Below, one piece after another: positions 34,601 through 40,701 of a stretch of 40,701 nucleotides of DNA. A program made the position numbers and the translations under genes. How positions within the stretch are numbered: the stretch's first letter is position 1; each line of letters opens with the position of its first letter. Source of the stretch: Utricularia gibba (lineage: Eukaryota > Plantae > Magnoliophyta); the NCBI GenBank assembly GCA_002189035.1, contig NEEC01000145.1:1-40701 (forward strand). Direction: 5' to 3'. Below the pieces are notes generated by a model. It saw only the letters and a list, made by a program, of their open reading frames with translations, made no database searches and had not been told where the DNA came from.

Positions 34601-37600
34601 GAACCCCAATGGGTTTTCTCAACACTCTACTTTATATTTCAGAAGGCGCTCTTGGGGGTTTCGGGATTGGGCCAGAGGTCGGGTCGGGCTATGGCCCATA
34701 GTCAGTTGTAGCCCGGAAAATAAGTGATGCATTTATCAACGTTGGGTTTTCGGCGGCTGCCTGAATGGTTTTTCAAGCAATAGCTTGCCATTTTAAGGCG
34801 GGTGCTGTCGTTGGCAGCTTTGTAAGGGCCCAAGGTTCGGTCTGGCTCCTGAGCCCAATCGGGTGCTACTCGATGAAAATCGTGATGCATTTTTTGAAGT
34901 TAGGATGTCATGAGCACCCCAAATGGTTTTCTCAACAACCTGATTTATATTTGAGGAGGCGCTCTAGGCTGGCACTAGTATCGAGCAAATGGTCGAGTCG
35001 CGCTCTGGCCCATAGTCATTTGTAGCCCGGCCAAAAAAGTGATGCATTTATTAACGTTGGGTTTTCGGCGGCTGCCTACATGCTTTTTTCGAGGAAAAGT
35101 TGTCGTTTTTTTGCGGGTGCTGTTGTTGGGAACTTCGTCCGGACCCAAGGTTCGGTCTGACTTCACAGCACAATCCGATCCCATTCGACGAAAATCGTGA
35201 CACCTTTATTGAAGTTAGGATCTCATGACCACCCCAAATGGTTTTTTCAACAGCATGCTTTACACTTGACAGGCGCTTTTGTGGGTCACCGAGATCGGGC
35301 CGGATTCGGGTCGGGCTTGAGCCCATAGTCAGCTGTAGCCCGGCAAAAGAAGTGATGCATTTATTAACGTTGGGTTGTCGGCGGCTGCCCACATGGTTTT
35401 TCAAGCAACAGCTTGCCATTTAAAGGCGGGTGCTGTCGTTGGGAGCTTTGTCCGGCCCGAGATTCGGTCTGGCTACTAAGCCCAATCGGGTCGCACTCGA
35501 CGAAAATCGTAACGCATTTGCTGTAGTTAGGATGTCATGAGAACCCCAATGGGTTTTCTCAACACTCTGCTTTATATTTCAGAAGGCGCTCGGGGGGTTT
35601 CGGATTGGGCCAGAGGTCGGGTCGGGCTCAGGCCCATAGTCAGTTGTAGCCCGGAAAATAAGTGATGCATTTATCAACGTTGGGTTTTCGGCGGCTGCCT
35701 AAATGGTTTTTCAAGCAACAGCTTGCCGTTTTAAGGTGGGTGCTGTAGTTGGGAGCTTTGTCAGGGCCCGAGATTCGGTCTGGCTACTAAGCCCAATCGG
35801 GTCGTACTCGACGAAATCGTAATGCATTTGCTTTAGTTAGGATGTCATGAGAACCCCAATGGGTTTTCTCAACACTCTACTTTATATTTCAGAAGGCGCT
35901 CGGGGGTTTCGGATTGGGCCAGAGGTCGGGTCGGGCTATGGCCCATAGTCAGTTGTAGCCCGGAAAATAAGTGATGCATTTATCAACGTTGGGTTTTCGG
36001 CGGCTGCCTGAATGGTTTTTCAAGCAATAGCTTGCCATTTTAAGGCGGGTGCTGTCGTTGGCAGCTTTGTAAGGGCCCAAGGTTCGGTCTGGCTCCTGAG
36101 CCCAATCGGGTGCTACTCGATGAAAATCGTGATGCATTTTTTGAAGTTAGGATGTCATGAGCACCCCAAATGGTTTTCTCAACAACCTGATTTATATTTG
36201 AGGAGGCGCTCTAGGCTGGCACTAGTATCGAGCAAATGGTCGAGTCGCGCTCTGGCCCATAGTCATTTGTAGCCCGGCCAAAAAGTGATGCATTTATTAA
36301 CGTTGGGTTTTCGGTGGCTGCCTACATGCTTTTTGAAGGAAAAGTTGTCGTTTTTGGCGGGTGCTGTTGTTGGGAACTTTGTGAGGACCCAAGGTTTGGT
36401 CTGACTTCACAGCACAATCCCCCATTCGACGAAAATCGTGATACCTTTATTGAAGTTAGGATCTCATGACCACCCCAAATGGTTTTTTCAACAGCATGCT
36501 TTACACTTGACAAGGCGCTTTTGTGGGTCACCGAGATCGGGCCGGATTCGGGTCGGGCTTGAGCCCAAAGTCAGCTGTAGCCCGGCAAAAGAAGTGATGC
36601 ATTTATTAACGTTGGGTTGTCGGCGGCTGCCCACATGGTTTTTCAAGCAACAGCTTGCCATTTAAGGCGGGTGCTGTCGTTGGGAGCTTTGTCCGGCCCG
36701 AGATTCGGTCTGGCTACTAAGCCCAATCGGGTCGCACTCGACGAAATCGTAATGCATTTGTTGTAGTTAGGATGTCATGAGAACCCCAATGGGTTTTCTC
36801 AACACTCTGCTATATATTTGAGAAGGCGCTCTTGGGGGGTTTCGGATTGGGCCAGAGGTCGGGTCGGGCTCAGGCCCATAGTCAGTTGTAGCCCGGAAAA
36901 TAAGTGATGCATTTATCAACGTTGGGTTTTCGGCGGCTGCCTAAATGGTTTTTCAAGCAACAGCTTGCCGTTTTAAGGTGGGTGCTGTCGTTGGGAGCTT
37001 TGTCAGGGCCCGAGATTCGGTCTGGCTACTAAGCCCAATCGGGTCGTACTCGACGAAAATCGTAATGCATTTGCTTAGTTAGGATGTCATGAGCACCCCA
37101 AATGGTTTTCTCAACAACCTGATTTATATTTGAGGAGGCGCTCTAGGCTGGCACTAGTATCGAGCAAATGGTCGAGTCGCGCTCTGGCCCATAGTCATTT
37201 GTAGCCCGGCCAAAAAAGTGATGCATTTATTAACGTTGGGTTTTCGGCGGCTGCCTACATGCTTTTTTCGAGGAAAAGTTGTCGTTTTTTTGCGGGTGCT
37301 GTTGTTGGGAACTTCGTCCGGACCCAAGGTTCGGTCTGACTTCACAGCACAATCCGATCCCATTCGACGAAAATCGTGACACCTTTATTGAAGTTAGGAT
37401 CTCATGACCACCCCAAATGGTTTTTTCAACAGCATGCTTTACACTTGACAAGGCGCTTTTGTGGGTCACCGAGATCGGGCCGGATTCGGGTCGGGCTTGA
37501 GCCCATAGTCAGCTGTAGCCCGGCAAAAGAAGTGATGCATTTATTAACGTTGGGTTGTCGGCGGCTGCCCACATGGTTTTTCAAGCAACAGCTTGCCATT

Positions 37601-40600
37601 TAAAGGCGGGTGCTGTCGTTGGGAGCTTTGTCCGGCCCGAGATTCGGTCTGGCTACTAAGCCCAATCGGGTCGCACTCGACGAAAATCGTAACGCATTTG
37701 ATGTAGTTAGGATGTCATGAGAACCCCAATGGGTTTTCTCAACACTCTGCTTTATATTTGAGAAGGCGCTCTCGGGGGTTTCGGATTGGGCCAGAGGTCG
37801 GGTCGGGCTCAGGCCCATAGTCAGTTGTAGCCCGGAAAATAAGTGATGCATTTATCAACGATGGGTTTTCGGCGGCTGCCTAAATGGTTTTTCAAGCAAC
37901 AGCTTGCCGTTTTAAGGTGGGTGCTGTAGTTGGGAGCTTTGTCAGGGCCCGAGATTCGGTCTGGCTACTAAGCCCAATCGGGTCGTACTCGACGAAATCG
38001 TAATGCATTTGCTTTAGTTAGGATGTCATGAGAACCCCAATGGGTTTTCTCAACACTCTACTTTATATTTCAGAAGGCGCTCTTGGGGGTTTCGGGATTG
38101 GGCCAGAGGTCGGGTCGGGCTATGGCCCATAGTCAGTTGTAGCCCGGAAAATAAGTGATGCATTTATCAACGTTGGGTTTTCGGCGGCTGCCTGAATGGT
38201 TTTTCAAGCAATAGCTTGCCATTTTAAGGCGGGTGCTGTCGTTGGCAGCTTTGTAAGGGCCCAAGGTTCGGTCTGGCTCCTGAGCCCAATCGGGTGCTAC
38301 TCGATGAAAATCGTGATGCATTTTTTGAAGTTAGGATGTCATGAGCACCCCAAATGGTTTTCTCAACAACCTGATTTATATTTGAGGAGGCGCTCTAGGC
38401 TGGCACTAGTATCGAGCAAATGGTCGAGTCGCGCTCTGGCCCATAGTCATTTGTAGCCCGGCCAAAAAAGTGATGCATTTATTAACGTTGGGTTTTCGGC
38501 GGCTGCCTACATGCTTTTTTCGAGGAAAAGTTGTCGTTTTTTTGCGGGTGCTGTTGTTGGGAACTTCGTCCGGACCCAAGGTTCGGTCTGACTTCACAGC
38601 ACAATCCGATCCCATTCGACGAAAATCGTGACACCTTTATTGAAGTTAGGATCTCATGACCACCCCAAATGGTTTTTTCAACAGCATGCTTTACACTTGA
38701 CAAGGCGCTTTTGTGGGTCACCGAGATCGGGCCGGATTCGGGTCGGGCTTGAGCCCATAGTCAGCTGTAGCCCGGCAAAAGAAGTGATGCATTTATTAAC
38801 GTTGGGTTGTCGGCGGCTGCCCACATGGTTTTCAAGCAACAGCTTGCCATTTAAAGGCGGGTGCTGTCGTTGGGAGCTTTGTCCGGCCCGAGATTCGGTC
38901 TGGCTACTAAGCCCAATCGGGTCGCACTCGACGAAAATCGTAACGCATTTGATGTAGTTAGGATGTCATGAGAACCCCAATGGGTTTTCTCAACACTCTG
39001 CTTTATATTTGAGAAGGCGCCTCGGGGGTTTCGGGATTGGGCCAGAGGTCGGGTCGGGCTCAGGCCATAGTCAGTTGTAGCCCGGAAAATAAGTGATGCA
39101 TTTATCAACGTTGGGTTTTCGGCGGCTGCCTAAATGGTTTTTCAAGCAACAGCTTGCCGTTTTAAGGTGGGTGCTGTAGTTGGGAGCTTTGTCAGGGCCG
39201 AGATTCGGTCTGGCTACTAAGCCCAATCGGGTCGTACTCGACGAAATCGTAATGCATTTGCTTTAGTTAGGATGTCATGAGAACCCCAATGGGTTTTCTC
39301 AACACTCTACTTTATATTTCAGAAGGCGCTCTTGGGGGGTTTCGGGATTGGGCCAGAGGTCGGGTCGGGCTATGGCCCATAGTCAGTTGTAGCCCGGAAA
39401 ATAAGTGATGCATTTATCAACGTTGGGTTTTCGGCGGCTGCCTGAATGGTTTTTCAAGCAATAGCTTGCCATTTTAAGGCGGGTGCTGTCGTTGGCAGCT
39501 TTGTAAGGGCCCAAGGTTCGGTCTGGCTCCTGAGCCCAATCGGGTGCTACTCGATGAAAATCGTGATGCATTTTTTGAAGTTAGGATGTCATGAGCACCC
39601 CAAATGGTTTTCTCAACAACCTGATTTATATTTGAGGAGGCGCTCTAGGCTGGCACTAGTATCGAGCAAATGGTCGAGTCGCGCTCTGGCCCATAGTCAT
39701 TTGTAGCCCGGCCAAAAAAGTGATGCATTTATTAACGTTGGGTTTTCGGTGGCTGCCTACATGCTTTTTGAAGGAAAAGTTGTCGTTTTTTGGCGGGTGC
39801 TGTTGTTGGGAACTTTGTGAGGACCCAAGGTTTGGTCTGACTTCACAGCACAATCGTCCCATTCGACGAAAATCGTGATACCTTTATTGAAGTTAGGATC
39901 TCATGACCACCCCAAATGGTTTTTTCAACAGCATGCTTTACACTTGACAAGGCGCTTTTGTGGGTCACCGAGATCGGGCCGGATTCGGGTCGGGCTTGAG
40001 CCCAAAGTCAGCTGTAGCCCGGCAAAAGAAGTGATGCATTTATTAACGTTGGGTTGTCGGCGGCTGCCCACATGGTTTTTCAAGCAACAGCTTGCCATTT
40101 AAAGGCGGGTGCTGTCGTTGGGAGCTTTGTCCGGCCCGAGATTCGGTCTGGCTACTAAGCCCAATCGGGTCGCACTCGACGAAATCGTAACGCATTTGTT
40201 GTAGTTAGGATGTCATGAGAACCCCAATTGGTTTTCTCAACACTCTGCTATATATTTGAGAAGGCGCTCTTGGGGGGTTTCGGATTGGGCCAGAGGTCGG
40301 GTCGGGCTCAGGCCATAGTCAGTTGTGGCCCGGAAAATAAGTGATGCATTTATCAACGTTGGGTTTCGGCGGCTGCCTAAATGGTTTTTCAAGCAACAGC
40401 TTGCCGTTTTAAGGTGGGTGCTGTAGTTGGGAGCTTTGTCAGGGCCCGAGATTCGGTCTGGCTACTAAGCCCAATCGGTCGTACTCGACGAAAATCGTAA
40501 TGCATTTGCTTAGTTAGGATGTCATGAGACCCCAAATGTTTTTCTCAACAACCTGATTTATATTTGAGGAGGCGCTCTAGGCTGGCACTAGTATCGAGCA

Positions 40601-40651
40601 AATGGTCGAGTCGCGCTCTGGCCCATAGTCATTTGTAGCCCGGCCAAAAAA
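31624..40651 (+). repeat. Short-HOR block: 4,3,4,4,3,4,4,3-mers (units start 31624, 32856, 33788, 35039, 36285, 37218, 38470, 39720)
   Basis: A-to-A spacings are 1232, 932, 1251, 1246, 933, 1252, 1250 and 932 bp. No 7-mer is present. Confidence 0.87.
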
Positions 40652-40701
40652 GTGATGCATTTATTAACGTTGGGTTTTCGGCGGCTGCCTACATGCTTTT
40701 T
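40652..40701 (+). repeat. Partial A monomer truncated by the window end
   Basis: GTGATGCATTTATTAACGTTGGGTTTTCGGCGGCTGCCTACATGCTTTTT is identical to bases 1-50. Confidence 0.97.

Larger units (their letters stand above)
1..40701 (+). repeat. Tandem satellite DNA array, ~313-bp monomer (dimer of ~156-bp subunits), head-to-tail, organised in higher-order repeats
   Basis: GTGATGCATTTAT(T/C)AACG recurs every ~310-315 bp (1, 314, 627, 938, 1252, 1564, 1876, 2189 ... 40341, 40652). 131 full monomers counted in 40,651 bp (mean ~310 bp). No interruption or inversion seen. Confidence 0.99.

Noticed and set aside
13-40102. All ORFs in the six-frame track (e.g. MHHDFHRVAPDW..., MVFQAIAC..., MTHKSALSS..., up to 157 aa)
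   Set aside because: They are short, recur once per monomer class on both strands, overlap each other, change length with 1-bp indels and resemble no protein family I recognise. They are chance open frames in a ~50% GC satellite.
1-40701. CRISPR array
   Set aside because: There are no unique spacers. The whole period is repeated and far too long, and no cas genes are present.
1-40701. Assignment to a named satellite family or organism based on 313-bp or 156-bp length
   Set aside because: Length alone is not diagnostic and I do not recognise the sequence. A BLAST, Dfam or PlantSat search is required.

Overview
The whole 40,701-bp window is one uninterrupted, single-orientation tandem satellite array of about 50% GC. 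By eye I count 131 complete ~313-bp monomers plus a 50-bp partial one, each starting GTGATGCATTTAT(T/C)AACG. I found no unique sequence, gene, RNA gene, transposon or CRISPR array, and all listed ORFs are recurring translations of the repeat. The array is hierarchical. (1) Each 313-bp monomer is a diverged dimer of two ~155-158-bp subunits. (2) Monomers fall into four families, here named A, B, C and D, with sub-variants A1/A2, B/B', C/C', D/D' and a C/D hybrid called E. (3) These build 26 A-anchored higher-order repeats (HORs) following A(BCD)n with n=1-3 (~1.25, ~2.19, ~3.13 kb), or A-B-E (~0.93 kb). (4) Some HOR combinations recur as 14-mers and 11-mers. This layout resembles eukaryotic centromeric or heterochromatic satellite, but organism and function cannot be determined from the sequence. 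Many 1-bp deletions sit exactly where paralogous variants differ, and several monomers are riddled with gaps. This points to consensus blending in the assembly, so part of the fine HOR order may be artefactual. I found no evidence of a novel protein- or RNA-coding system. The interest lies in the repeat architecture and its recombination footprints. All counts and coordinates were read manually.
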